From NCBI GenBank assembly GCA_000165345.1, contig CM000432.1:480001-544000 (forward strand): a DNA stretch of 64,000 nucleotides, given 5' to 3'. Within the stretch, counting starts at the first letter, position 1. Every line of letters starts with the position of its first letter. Shown one piece after another: positions 19,748 through 30,762 of this stretch. A program made the position numbers and the translations under genes. The notes below the pieces were generated by a model that saw nothing but the letters and a program-made list of their open reading frames with translations, ran no database searches and was not told the DNA's origin.

Positions 19748-21109
19748 TTGAATACTTCTTCTCAATTCATCATTTTAAGATATATAATTAATAAAATGAC
19801 AATATTATTTAAAAAACTTAAAGAAAATGAAACATTTAAACATTTCTTTCGTCAAGTCTCAAAATACTTGGAAGGTAACTCAGATGAAAGCAAAGAAAAT
19901 AAAAGTAATATCTCTAAATGTAACTTAAAGACAAATTATCAATTAATAAAAAGAGAAAATGGTAAAGAAAATAATTATATTAGTGTCAATAACACTGAGT
20001 TTTCATCTGGAATTTTTGAATTTAGTAATAACTTCGAAAAAAGTGAATATAATGAATCAAAACCAGTTAAAAAATTCAAATTTAACATTGGGCAGATTTT
20101 CACAAATAGGATTCTTTCTAAACAAAATGATTATAATATGAAAAGGATTTATACATATTATAGAGAATGTTACAAAAAACAAATTGAGCCAGGTAAAACC
20201 TTAATAGATTTTAGAAGAGAGATAATCGGAGAAATGTCAGAAATTATTTGGAAATATCACCTTAATGAAGAAATACTTTTCCTTACAGTACATTTCATGG
20301 ATAATGTTATTATTAAAGATCAAATAGAGGAAGAAAACTCATTAGAAAGATTAAGATATTTGGGCTTCACATGTCTATATATCACTATTAAAATTGAAAG
20401 AGTGGTGAATTTTAACTTTAAAGAAATTATTAAAAAGCTTTCTTTAAATTCTATTAAATTAATTAGTATGGAGAAATATGTGTTAAATCAACTTACATTT
20501 AAGTTGAACCCTATTTCATCACTCTTTCTTCTGCAATTTCAAATGGGAATTATAATGGAAAGCTATTTAAAGGATATTATTGGGGTAGAAAATATTGACT
20601 ATTCAAGGAAAAACTCAGAAAATAAATATTTTAATTATAGTTATTCAGATAAATATAATAGCCAGATTGTTCAAAGTTATAATTCAAATAGAGTTGGAAA
20701 CGAAGATCAATTGGAGAACAGTTCATCACTATTAATCAATGTATTGAATATGAAAAGTAGCAAAGGGATAAATAAAGTATTGGAATATTTCATCAGCTGT
20801 TATTTATTGGAGATATGCCTCTATGATATTGAAATATTAAAATATTCTCCTTTATCTCAAGCAGTTTCTGCACTATTCATTGCGAAAGAATGTTTAGGAG
20901 CAAGAAAGGATAGCATTGAGGAAGAATGTATTAACGAATATTTTAACATGGAAGTATTGATCGAGGATTATGTGTACAGAAATATTAATGCGATTAAAAG
21001 AACATTAAAATATCCCTACATTAAAAAAATTTCTACAACAAAGAAATACCTAACGAATGAATATATGAACGCAGCTAATTATGTTTTGAGGCTTATATAC
21101 CCAAAATAA
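19748..21109 (+). CDS. Cyclin (cyclin-box fold protein)
   Basis: Cyclin box region IIGEMSEIIWKYHLNEEILFLTVHFMDNVI...LERLRYLGFTCLYITIKIE...YVLNQLTFKL matches MRAILIDWLVEVHEEYKL.ETLYLTVNYIDRFLS...LQLVGVTAMLIASKYEE. The true start may be an internal Met (for example 19796). Confidence 0.65.
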   Translation: MNTSSQFIILRYIINKMTILFKKLKENETFKHFFRQVSKYLEGNSDESKENKSNISKCNLKTNYQLIKRENGKENNYISVNNTEFSSGIFEFSNNFEKSEYNESKPVKKFKFNIGQIFTNRILSKQNDYNMKRIYTYYRECYKKQIEPGKTLIDFRREIIGEMSEIIWKYHLNEEILFLTVHFMDNVIIKDQIEEENSLERLRYLGFTCLYITIKIERVVNFNFKEIIKKLSLNSIKLISMEKYVLNQLTFKLNPISSLFLLQFQMGIIMESYLKDIIGVENIDYSRKNSENKYFNYSYSDKYNSQIVQSYNSNRVGNEDQLENSSSLLINVLNMKSSKGINKVLEYFISCYLLEICLYDIEILKYSPLSQAVSALFIAKECLGARKDSIEEECINEYFNMEVLIEDYVYRNINAIKRTLKYPYIKKISTTKKYLTNEYMNAANYVLRLIYPK

Positions 21110-21173
21110 CGGATCGAATAACCCATATCCGTATAGAATTTTAATAGTTTAAAAATCTAAGTAAATTCCTGTA

Positions 21174-22238
21174 TTATTTTGTCCGAAATGATCCTCTTGC
21201 CGGAGAAATTGATTGCTCTTCGTAGTCTAATTGTTTAATATTTGATAATTCTAAACCTACTAAATTGTGAATATTGGCATTATCATAATTGGACTCTCCT
21301 TTGCTCGTATTTTCTTTTTCTTCTTTTATTTTATTTTTTTTTGCAGCTATTTTTTTCCGATCTGCAACTATCCAGTCTACAGACGAAACAATTTGTCTGC
21401 AAAAGTCATCCGTATTACAGCAACAACAAATTCCTGGCTTATTTTTACTAGTTTCATCTTCTATAACAATCTTTGTAAGATATTCGTAAGTTGTAACCCC
21501 TCTGAAAACCAAATAACAGTGTAATACAAAGAGGTGTCCATTTAAAATTAACAAAGGAATATCAATAGCCAGTATTAATACTCCTATGGTGTAAAACGTT
21601 ATTGGAGACCAAAAATAAAGTCTTGAATTCCAATAGATATATGTGTTATTATTTATAGTTTCCATTATTATCGAAGATATTGTTGCTATAATAATCATAA
21701 TAAGGAGCATTGTCACAAAAAACAAAAGCAAAAAGAAATGCCGATAATTTTTTTCGCCAATACAAGTATTAAGCCACTTGCAGTGATGGTCATAGCGTGG
21801 GATACATTTATTACAAAGTTTGCAATGTTTACTATTTTCCTCAAAAAATAAATGGCAAATCTTACACTCACTGCAGTTAAGGTTCGATGAGTTAAATAAA
21901 GAGTCTTCTTCAGAATAGCCGGGATTAATAGCTGTTACTTTCCATCCTAATGTAAAGACAATTATGCAAAGTATTGCAGAAATTATTCCGATAATAGTAG
22001 CTAGCAATAGTGGTAGAGAGGGAATAACAAACGTATAATACGCCAAAATGTTTGAGCCAAATAATGCCCAAATCAGAATTTGTAATGCAACGAATGGCTT
22101 TTGAAATCCATTTTTTCTAATAATTTCATTTTCGAGATCTTCCTCTAAAATACAGCATGGTGTCTTAGATTTATTAAAAGCATTATCACTATCATTCATC
22201 CCAAACTCAAAAAATCTGCCCCAAAATATTATATGCAA
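21174..22238 (-). CDS. DHHC-type protein S-acyl (palmitoyl) transferase
   Basis: CSECKICHLFFEENSKHCKLCNKCIPRYDHHCKWLNTCIG is a DHHC-CRD, flanked by 4 TM helices. Confidence 0.85.
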   Translation of the reverse strand: MHIIFWGRFFEFGMNDSDNAFNKSKTPCCILEEDLENEIIRKNGFQKPFVALQILIWALFGSNILAYYTFVIPSLPLLLATIIGIISAILCIIVFTLGWKVTAINPGYSEEDSLFNSSNLNCSECKICHLFFEENSKHCKLCNKCIPRYDHHCKWLNTCIGEKNYRHFFLLLFFVTMLLIMIIIATISSIIMETINNNTYIYWNSRLYFWSPITFYTIGVLILAIDIPLLILNGHLFVLHCYLVFRGVTTYEYLTKIVIEDETSKNKPGICCCCNTDDFCRQIVSSVDWIVADRKKIAAKKNKIKEEKENTSKGESNYDNANIHNLVGLELSNIKQLDYEEQSISPARGSFRTK

Positions 22239-22572
22239 CAGTAAAAAATAGATTTATTTCAGGAAAGTTGCTTTTGAACTTTAAAGGTAACTCAGTGATT
22301 TGCCGCCGCAACCCCTCAACAGTGCTATCTTATTTAAAACAAAAACTTAAGCATTATAAACTGATAGAGTGCAATTAGTATTGAGTGAACGACTAAAAAA
22401 CTATATTATATATGTTTCCGCACCAGTAAGATCGTATATTACTAATGAAATTTAAAGTTACTACTTAGTGATATCAAACATAAAAATTTTAAACATGTTC
22501 TAGCTAGAAAACATTTGCCATATAATTTACGATAAATTATCGCTAATACTACACAATTAATTTTTTATGTAG

Positions 22573-24324
22573 TCAGTTGGTGATTGCTTCATACTTGTTT
22601 TTTGCAGCAACTGTAAAATGATGATTAGGGCCTGTTAATATACTGAGATAGCACCATGTGTCGTAGTAATATCTTTGTATTGCAGAAATTTCTTGATTGG
22701 TTTTGGATTTACCTTTATGACGTTCATCTTGCAATATGCTAAGAATGTCCCCTAGTTCCTCAGTTATCCATGCCAATGTATAGGTACAATCTGGGAGGAC
22801 ATTTCTTACGAAATTCAGCCTATTATATAGACAAGAAAGTGCAAATGAAAACTGCTGGGACTCTTTGTATGCTTCAAAAAGCATAGTATCTAATTCGTAC
22901 ATAATCCAGTGCTGAGTAAACACTTTTTGAGCCTCTTGATATACTGCTTCAACATCCTCAACATCATTCTTATCTGTCTCTTCCAGTCTTGCAACATACT
23001 GTGATTCAAGATCAGTATAGCTATCAATAATTTCCCTATCAGGCTGAGATCTGCAGACGGAACATCTACTTGATCTTGTTACTCCATTTTCATCCTCCTT
23101 GAAAAACATGCTTCCAACTCCGCAAGAGGCGCACTTCAACCCTCTAGAAAGATCTGTGGGATTGTTACATCTCTCGCATTGGCAATAAAATAACCAATTG
23201 CTAAGTAATTCTCTTCTAGTTTTAGAACATTTAAATAAATCATCATCAGATATGTAAGATATTGTTATTTCGTCTCCAACTTCTAAACGCGTCTTTGCTC
23301 TTAAAACAAATGTATTATCTACGCCATAGTGCCAGCAACAGCTTGCTCCGCAGTTATGAGCCATCATACTGATTACATTATATAAAACTATTCCATTATT
23401 TGAAGTATGATTGAATGAATTAAACCTCCAAGCATTCAAGGTTCTTTCATATAAATGCGGATCAACATCTATCCCAGTATTTTCTATAATTTTTTGAACA
23501 TCATAACTTGGTTCGGCAGAAGGATCTGGGACCCATTTATCTAAACAAATAGCTTTATCTTCTTCTTCAAGCATTGTTAATGTACACAAAGCTGCTACGT
23601 GCCACAGAGGAGGAAGAGTAAAAGTCTCTTTTGAATTCATATCTTCTAAGAACTCTGATAGTTCTGGAGCAAGTTCTGGAGTGACTACAAGCAACGGGCT
23701 TTCTGCAAAAATAATATCGCCGGGATTAAAACACTTTCGTGCATATAAGCATCTTCCTTTGCTTTCAGTGTATCTCACCTCAACACTCTCATGAATGCTC
23801 TCCAGATCCCATGGTTGAATTAGTTCATCAGGAACAACGTCTGCCTCGTCAATATTATGTTCATCGGTTGCAATCCCTCCTTCTTCGTCAACAGCCAACT
23901 CTTCTAATTCTGCATCATCATCGTTAAACCCAAATTCCCTGGCTTCAACTCCTTCGTTAACACTAAATGCTTCTTTGAAGTGATATCTAATCATTTCTGG
24001 GTAAATAGAGACGTCATCGTTTTTGTTTTTCATCCTGTAGTAACTCTCATCTTCATTATTATCAAATGCTCGATCAAACGACTCATCCTCATCTACTTCT
24101 CCTTCCTCTCCTTCCTCTCCTTCCTCTTCTTCAACTTCATCTTCCAAGTCTTCTTCATGATATTCATATCCATCCTCTTCATCATAATCCGAGTCAGCAT
24201 CTTGTTCTTTTTTTATTAAAGTTTTTTTGTATTCTGCAGTAGATAAAGTTACCCATCTATCATCTCCAAAATCAACTACTGGCCTCAACTTTGTACCTGT
24301 ATTATTTTCATAATATGACGACAT
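22573..24324 (-). CDS. SET-domain protein lysine methyltransferase with acidic N-terminal region and Cys-rich post-SET
   Basis: SET core VEVRYTESKGRCLYARKCFNPGDIIFAESPLL ... MMAHNCGASCCWHYG ... EVGDEITISY ... post-SET CQCERC. The D/E-rich N-terminus gives the ORF a GAA/GAG codon repeat around 24060-24190. Confidence 0.7.
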   Translation of the reverse strand: MSSYYENNTGTKLRPVVDFGDDRWVTLSTAEYKKTLIKKEQDADSDYDEEDGYEYHEEDLEDEVEEEEGEEGEEGEVDEDESFDRAFDNNEDESYYRMKNKNDDVSIYPEMIRYHFKEAFSVNEGVEAREFGFNDDDAELEELAVDEEGGIATDEHNIDEADVVPDELIQPWDLESIHESVEVRYTESKGRCLYARKCFNPGDIIFAESPLLVVTPELAPELSEFLEDMNSKETFTLPPLWHVAALCTLTMLEEEDKAICLDKWVPDPSAEPSYDVQKIIENTGIDVDPHLYERTLNAWRFNSFNHTSNNGIVLYNVISMMAHNCGASCCWHYGVDNTFVLRAKTRLEVGDEITISYISDDDLFKCSKTRRELLSNWLFYCQCERCNNPTDLSRGLKCASCGVGSMFFKEDENGVTRSSRCSVCRSQPDREIIDSYTDLESQYVARLEETDKNDVEDVEAVYQEAQKVFTQHWIMYELDTMLFEAYKESQQFSFALSCLYNRLNFVRNVLPDCTYTLAWITEELGDILSILQDERHKGKSKTNQEISAIQRYYYDTWCYLSILTGPNHHFTVAAKNKYEAITN

Positions 24325-25021
24325 AATTCAATTTTAATTATAAATTGAGATAATTGCTCACTACTGCTTTCTTAGTGCACTTTTGCAAACTATTGTTCGT
24401 TTCCTTTGACGGGTACAATCGATTAATTCCTCTAAATAATTTAACTAATAGCAATAAATCCATATATTTTATATTGTAAGAAAGAATACTTTCCAGGTAT
24501 TATCTAGTTAGTATTATGCCTTTCGATCAAATAACCTGTCATTTTATACTTTATTAAATGTACTTGTTATGCACCTTTTTTGCCGCCTGTGAGTTTATTG
24601 CCCGCTGAAAAAAAGACGGGAAGAGCATGCTTGATCATTTTATCCAAATAGCTATCCTATAAACGTTTTTGTGTGATCAACCAAAACTTTATCAGAGTTT
24701 GTTTTTAATGTGTGTGCGTTTTTAGGGCTTAACAAACATTAATTAATAGGAATGATTTTAGAAAATTTGTGTTGATTTAGGCATCACTATTGCTCTTTAA
24801 TAATCGATTATAATTTATAGAGCGGCGCGCGATAATTTGTTTGTAAAATATTCCTCTATTTATATAACTTGTAAGGTTAGAATAAAAATATAATTTGCAT
24901 TAATTATTTATATCTTTAAAGTATATCAAGTTCGATTAAATAAAAGGTGATAATTTAATTGTTTTTTAATACTTATTTCCACTTGATATTGCTGGTAAAT
25001 TGAATTCATATCGGAAACTAA

Positions 25022-25360
25022 ATGGCAAAAAAAAACGATAAGAATAAGAAAAAAAGATACATTGAGTGGTTGAAAGAAGTGGAGAAGGACAGTAGAAAAA
25101 GAGCAGAAGTGAATGCCATGAAAAGACAAAATATGAAAAGCAAAACTGAGAATATAATTAATGGCCAAAAAGATGTATGCATGAATATAGTTAAGGTAAA
25201 GAAGAAGAAGGTTAAATTAGACAGGAAAGGCCAAAAAAGACTAAATAAACTATCTGGTAAGTTTCTTTTTATTAATCTCTCTTGATTCAATCAAATTAAT
25301 TCGTGAATTAATGTCTAATTTTAAGGTATTAAGAAGAGTAATACCTCAATGGATTTATAA
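25022..25360 (+). CDS. Small basic (K/R-rich) protein, possibly nucleolar. Putative two exons: 25022..25256 and 25326..25360.
   Basis: Track ORF 25022..25285. A G|GTAAGT donor at 25257 and TTTTAAG| acceptor at 25325 would replace the C-terminus with GIKKSNTSMDL. Family not recognised, and the splice is speculative. Confidence 0.3.
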
Positions 25361-25734
25361 GGTAGCTTTTTATATAATAGCAAAATTATGTAGCTTAACT
25401 CCAAATAATAGTGATTTTTAATAAATTATTTCATTTAATTATTTTTTTGATCGCTTTTATTTTAGTTACCCTCTGTGGGGGAAAAAATTAATAAGTGGAG
25501 CCAAAAAATATTGGTAACTGAAGAAAATTTTTCTACTCTAGAAAGTGATTTCATTGAGTTTCATACTTTGTATTATTGAATTTTGCTTCAGATGGTGATC
25601 ATTATATTGTTTTAATATTGCCATTAAGTCTCAAATTAAGTAGTAGTTAATTTAAATGAATGTACATGTGTACATTTATATGCATATATATAGATAAAAT
25701 ATAAGAGAATTAAATAAATATTTTAATAAAGAGA

Positions 25735-27069
25735 ATGAAGTCTGACAAGCCTTCGTATTCTGAAAAAAATGGTTTACCAAATATTTGCATGGTATCTGAC
25801 TTTTTTTATCCTGGTTTAGGCGGAGTTGAAATGCACATTTATGAATTATCTCAATGTTTGATGGTCCGTGGATATAAGGTTATTGTTGTTACTCACAGCA
25901 GGAATGATAGATATGGCGTTAGATATATGGGTATTGGCCTGAAAGTTTATTATTTGCCCTACAAAAGTATCTATGATAATGTTGTTTATCCTTCTTTATT
26001 TACCCTATTCCCTTTATTCAGGCAGATCCTTATCAGAGAAAAAATAGATATTGTTCATGGCCATCAATCAGTTTCAATGCTAGCACTAGAATGCTTATTT
26101 CATGCCACTACAATGGGATACAGAGTGGTATTTACTGATCATTCATTATTTGGACTTTCAAATTATGATTCAATTCACGCGAATAATTTTTTTAGGATAA
26201 ATTTATCCTGTATTGACAATGTGATTTGTGTTTCACACACAAACAAGAAAAATTTGATATATAGATCATTAATTTCTCCAAAAAATGTCACTGTAATACC
26301 AAATGCAATAGATAGCAATGATTTTTTACCCAATCCAAATTACAAGTCTCCAATAAATAATGAAGTCATTGTTATTTCAATTTGCAGAATGACTTATAGG
26401 AAGGGCGTTGATCTACTTGTCGAAATAATTCCAAGAATATGCAACAGCGACCCGAATGTAAGATTCATACTAGGAGGAGACGGCCCAAAAAAACATTTAT
26501 TACATGAAATGTGTAAAAAGTACAATCTTTCGAATAGAGTTGAACTTCTTGGTTCTGTTCCTCACACACAAGTTTGTCGAGTTTTGCAAAGAGGACATAT
26601 TTTTTTAAATACATCTTTGACGGAAGCGTTTGGAATCAGTATTATTGAGGCAGCATCATGTGGTCTGCTTGTTGTTTCTTCAAATGTAGGAGGTATTCCC
26701 GAAATTCTTCCTCAAGAATTCCTTAGGCTTTCAAACCCTTCTATTTCAAATATGGTGAACGAGCTTAAAATTGCAGTAAATATTATTAGAGAAGGAAAAT
26801 TTGATCCATATTCATCACATAAGAAAATCTCAGCAATGTATTCATGGCATGACATTGCAAAGAGGACAGTTTCTGTATATCAGAAGTCGAATCAAGTTGA
26901 TATTATTGGTACTAAGGAAAGAATATTACGTATATATAAGACAGGGAATTTAATAGGAAAGATATTTGCTCTAATAGCAGCGCTAGATTATTTTATTTGG
27001 TTCTTTCTAGAGTTTTTCTACCCAAAAGAATCAATCGAGCATTGCATCGATTTTCCTGGAATCTCTTAG
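25735..27069 (+). CDS. PIGA: GPI-anchor GlcNAc transferase catalytic subunit PIG-A/GPI3
   Basis: [26 protein letters not shown]...GLKVYYLP...VFTDHSLFG...[10 protein letters not shown]...[15 protein letters not shown] is nearly collinear with human PIG-A ([26 protein letters not shown]...). Confidence 0.9.
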   Translation: [444 protein letters not shown]

Positions 27070-27174
27070 ATTTAATATCTTGTATATTAATGTTAAGTAT
27101 TATCAAAATTTTTCTATTTCTCTCCACAAATATTCAGCGTTGCTAACTTTGTCTAAGAGCTTTATTTATTTAGC

Positions 27175-27812
27175 TTATTTATAATTTGGAAACTTACTGT
27201 TTTCATGAATTTGTAGTTGAAATGTCTCGGTTTTTGTCGGGTAATTTACTGGAATAAAGTGGCCTTGTATAAAAGATTCGGAAATCAATGACCAAGTTAT
27301 CATAGAAATACTCTGATACATTTTTTTTTTTGCATACAACACATCCTCTGAATCTCTCATCGATTTTAATAGATTCTTCTTTTTTTCTAATAATAATGCA
27401 TACCTACTATGAACACTTGACAATTCTTTCTCGATCTCCTCACATTTTGATGACATCAAGGCACTGCGTTTATTGTCTTCTTTAAAATTGTTGTAAATTT
27501 CATTACCACTATTATTACATATATTTTCTCCATTTTCAAGTTCCTCTAAGTAGCTATTTTCTATTGATTTGATATCTAGAAGAATATATTTAGTAAATTA
27601 TTGTAAATAAATAATGTATTAAACTAACCATCAATTAGCATCTGCAGCTTGTCATAAGTAGATTTAATATAATTTTCTAGCTCAGCAATTTCATTTTGGA
27701 TCTGAGATAGAACATCTGTTTCGCCCCCTAAATGTTCATAAATACCAGCTATTTCCTGTGTTAACAGTATTATCTCTTTAATATTTTCATTAAATTGAGG
27801 CGAAATAGACAT
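27175..27812 (-). CDS. Coiled-coil protein, about 195 aa. Two exons: 27175..27575 and 27629..27812 (start alternatively 27905).
   Basis: Track ORFs 27624..27905 and 27175..27459 join via donor G|GTTAGT at 27628 and acceptor TTCTTCTAG| at 27576 (53-nt intron), in frame: ...KLQMLIDDIKSIENSYLEELENG...MMSSKCEEIEK.... Heptad-like N-terminal half with a globular C-terminal half, a kinetochore Spc24/Spc25-like architecture. This is speculative. Confidence 0.4.
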
Positions 27813-28102
27813 TTTTCTAACTCCTCTCCCAACCCTATTTCTATCTTGAATTGATTCAAACATTAAAAGAATTAAAATAAATTGATTTTTTGCTTGAAAC
27901 CTCAATATGAATTTCTGATTTCAAAGAATCAAGTTGATTCTTTTGTATTTCAATATTTAAAAAATAATTCTATCCACTTAAAAAACTACGCCCGCATATC
28001 GATTTTATTTGTCATTTGCATGTAAAGTAAACTTACAAATAAGGACACAAAAAATAAATATATGAAATTATTTAAGAATTAATAGCAATATTGAAAGTAA
28101 TA

Positions 28103-30010
28103 TTATTGATCAACTCCGCCATTTACAATTTCGACATTAACCTTCTCTGATCCTTGAGGGCTGTCCTTGATATCTGGCAAATTCGTTCTGTAAGCTGTAC
28201 TATTTTGGTATTTATTCAGAAGAGAGAGGCCCATTCCCCTGGTAAAGTCGGGATCAATAAATACTGCTTGATTTTCAATTCCGCCGATATTTTTTCCTCT
28301 TCTAATTTTCGCGTAACCCTTCTTTCCCCAATTAGCTCCCCACGAGTTTCGAATAATCCAATATGGAATACCATTTTCTTCACCCCAGCCTACAATAGCA
28401 ATAGCGTGATTGGTGTATTCCCATCCATTTAATTGCTTATTTGGTAAGTCGCAATATTTGGTATGATCATTAGGTATTGAGTCATATACCCCATTATCGT
28501 ATACCAATAAGGATGTATCTATATGCATTGCAACTGCTATCGGACCATTCTTAAATATTTCTTCTTTCATCCTATCTTCATCGCAGCAACCATAGCAACC
28601 GCCTACATAGCCATATTCTTCCGCATACATTCTTTCACCTTCTTCACAGTAAATTCGGTCTTCAATTTCAGGTGTTATAAATGGCGAAAAATTACATTCC
28701 TGATTTGAATCCGCATAGTATCCCATACACTTTTCCGACGATATTCCTATTTCTTCAGCTTGTCTGCCGACCAAAAATGGATAGCCACCCTCGCATCCTT
28801 GATTAAAAGGAGAACATGAAAGAACTGATTGTGGTGAAAGCAAAATTTTTTCTTCTCTCGAAGCTCCATTTGTCAATTTGTTTAATTTCAACTCTGCTCT
28901 TTTTGCTAAAATATAAACAGAAGATACAGCATAACATGAACCACAATTACCTTGATTAAATGGAAAATCACTATATTTCTCGTCTGTAAATGGATCACCA
29001 ATGGAAAACGAGGAGGGCAATTTTACTTCATCAGTTTTCCTCCTGACTACGTTGCATGCAAAAATTGAATCGACAATGTTGTCATAATTATCAACACTCC
29101 CCACTCCGTCCTTAAACATCTCGATGAAAGACGAGTGCTGCGAACCCATAATTCTAAACGGATGTATTTTTCTAAAATTTACAGCATTCATATAATATGA
29201 ATGATGCGAGAAAGCAACATCTGTTAAACTAAAATTGCTTCTTGCCCTCCAGTTTTTTGAATCTTTACGATTATGCCTATGCGCAAACTCCTGCAATGAA
29301 TTAGATAAACTTCTTATACTAGACTCGAAAGATTTCTTGATTGGGATCTCCACCCTATTTTTAATAATATCAAGTGAATTCTCGTAACTTTCATCTTTTC
29401 TGCCACTGACACAACCTCTTTTTTTAGAATCTCTGAGATAATACCAACCAATTTGAATTTGGGACGAGTCAGTTTCATAACACAAAGTTTCACCCTTTGT
29501 CGTCTCATTATCTCCATCCTTTGCACTACAATTTCCATTATTTAATAAGTTATATTTCATTATTCCAAAAATTGTCATATTATTTACGACTATTTCAAAT
29601 CCTTCATCATAAACCATAGTCCATCTCCCGACAACTTTTCCATTTTCGGGGTCTTTAACTGCCAAAAATGTCCAATCGCTCCTTCCTGGAAACATTGATC
29701 TATCTAAATCACTATAATCGTTTTCTGAAAATAAAAGATCAGTTAGTATCAGATCCAGTTTCTCTAATTTGCCGTTTGTTTTTGTAGTGAGCCATTTGTT
29801 ATAATCAGCCAAGCTTGGTTGTAAATTTTGAGTGTTTTTGTTTGGAACCCCTGAACCACAACCATCAATCCAATTATTAGCAGGTTCAGAATATTGAAAT
29901 TCCCATCTTCCTATAATATCTGCGGTTGTAACATGTATTGGCAAGTCGCATTTCACAAATACAATGTAAAAAAAGGCAAGTAGTATGGTCTTTCCCAACG
30001 ACTTAAACAT
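28103..30010 (-). CDS. Cathepsin C (dipeptidyl peptidase I), papain-family cysteine protease with N-terminal exclusion domain
   Basis: Signal peptide MFKSLGKTILLAFFYIVFVKC. Exclusion-domain start DLPIHVTTADIIGRWEF (compare DTPANCTY.DLLGTWVF). Catalytic Cys QGNCGSCYAVSS. His/Asn region HAIAIVGWGEENGIPYWIIRNSWGANWG. Confidence 0.85.
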   Translation of the reverse strand: MFKSLGKTILLAFFYIVFVKCDLPIHVTTADIIGRWEFQYSEPANNWIDGCGSGVPNKNTQNLQPSLADYNKWLTTKTNGKLEKLDLILTDLLFSENDYSDLDRSMFPGRSDWTFLAVKDPENGKVVGRWTMVYDEGFEIVVNNMTIFGIMKYNLLNNGNCSAKDGDNETTKGETLCYETDSSQIQIGWYYLRDSKKRGCVSGRKDESYENSLDIIKNRVEIPIKKSFESSIRSLSNSLQEFAHRHNRKDSKNWRARSNFSLTDVAFSHHSYYMNAVNFRKIHPFRIMGSQHSSFIEMFKDGVGSVDNYDNIVDSIFACNVVRRKTDEVKLPSSFSIGDPFTDEKYSDFPFNQGNCGSCYAVSSVYILAKRAELKLNKLTNGASREEKILLSPQSVLSCSPFNQGCEGGYPFLVGRQAEEIGISSEKCMGYYADSNQECNFSPFITPEIEDRIYCEEGERMYAEEYGYVGGCYGCCDEDRMKEEIFKNGPIAVAMHIDTSLLVYDNGVYDSIPNDHTKYCDLPNKQLNGWEYTNHAIAIVGWGEENGIPYWIIRNSWGANWGKKGYAKIRRGKNIGGIENQAVFIDPDFTRGMGLSLLNKYQNSTAYRTNLPDIKDSPQGSEKVNVEIVNGGVDQ

Positions 30011-30293
30011 CTCATATAATTCAACACTTTATTTATAATATTTACTTCAAGCTCTATAAATTCTTTTTAGAATTAATTTTTTTAGTTCGAAATTTGCCAT
30101 ATACCAACGAATTCCAATTATTAATAAATATACTCTTTTCTTCGAAATGCAGCTCAAATACTAAAATACCTAATAACTCATTTATTGTTGAACCCGGTTG
30201 GTAATAAAATTTTATATTAAAAATTCCAGCTGCTATATAATCTAGTAATAATTCGAATTACAAAATATTAGTTATATAAGTCTTAAATATTCT

Positions 30294-30314
30294 AGTGCAT
30301 GCATTTTTAGGCGG
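30294..30314. promoter_or_regulatory. Composite promoter element AGTGCATGCATT + TTTTAGGCGG, with a second TTTGCATGC at 30323, in the cathepsin C / PX-gene divergent region
   Basis: Direct read agtgcatgcatttttaggcggtatatctctttgcatgc. TGCATGCA is the classic apicomplexan AP2-type octamer. The GC-islet resembles E2F-like sites. Confidence 0.45.
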
Positions 30315-30762
30315 TATATCTCTTTGCATGCTTGTATTAAAAAAAAAAAAGAGAGAAAAAATTTACCTGTAAAAAGTACATTTAAAAATTAATAACAATT
30401 TACTTCCAAAAACTATTAAAATTTGATTCATAACTTAGAAATAATGCTAATGCCAATATAAAATCTTATATTCAAATATATAAAGTAAAATGTAAGGATA
30501 TTAACTTATTAAATATATTTTTACTATTTTAAACTAGTATTTAAAAAAAAATTAATAAAAAAATTAACATTGGCGCCTTTACATTGAGGGGTATCAAATT
30601 GTATTCGGATTTTAAAGCACAGTTAGAAAACAAACAATAGTAAATTAATAAAAAAAAACACTTTTAGAGAATATTATTTCAGTATTATAATTGGGAATTA
30701 ATTAACTTCATTTAAAAAGTTTCATTCAACATTAATTTGTTAATTGCATATGAAACTTTAAA

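Noticed and set aside
24540-24660. Locally GC-richer patch (gccgcctgtgag...gcccgctg...gacgggaagagcatgc) in the SET-gene upstream region considered as a small ncRNA
   Set aside because: It has no conserved snRNA/snoRNA boxes or stable stem that I could verify by eye. It is more likely promoter GC-islets, so it is left as unexplained.
25022-25360. Considered calling the small basic protein a ribosome-biogenesis factor (Cgr1/Fyv7-like)
   Set aside because: It shows only compositional resemblance (K/R-rich coiled segment) and no alignable motif. It is kept as hypothetical with low confidence.
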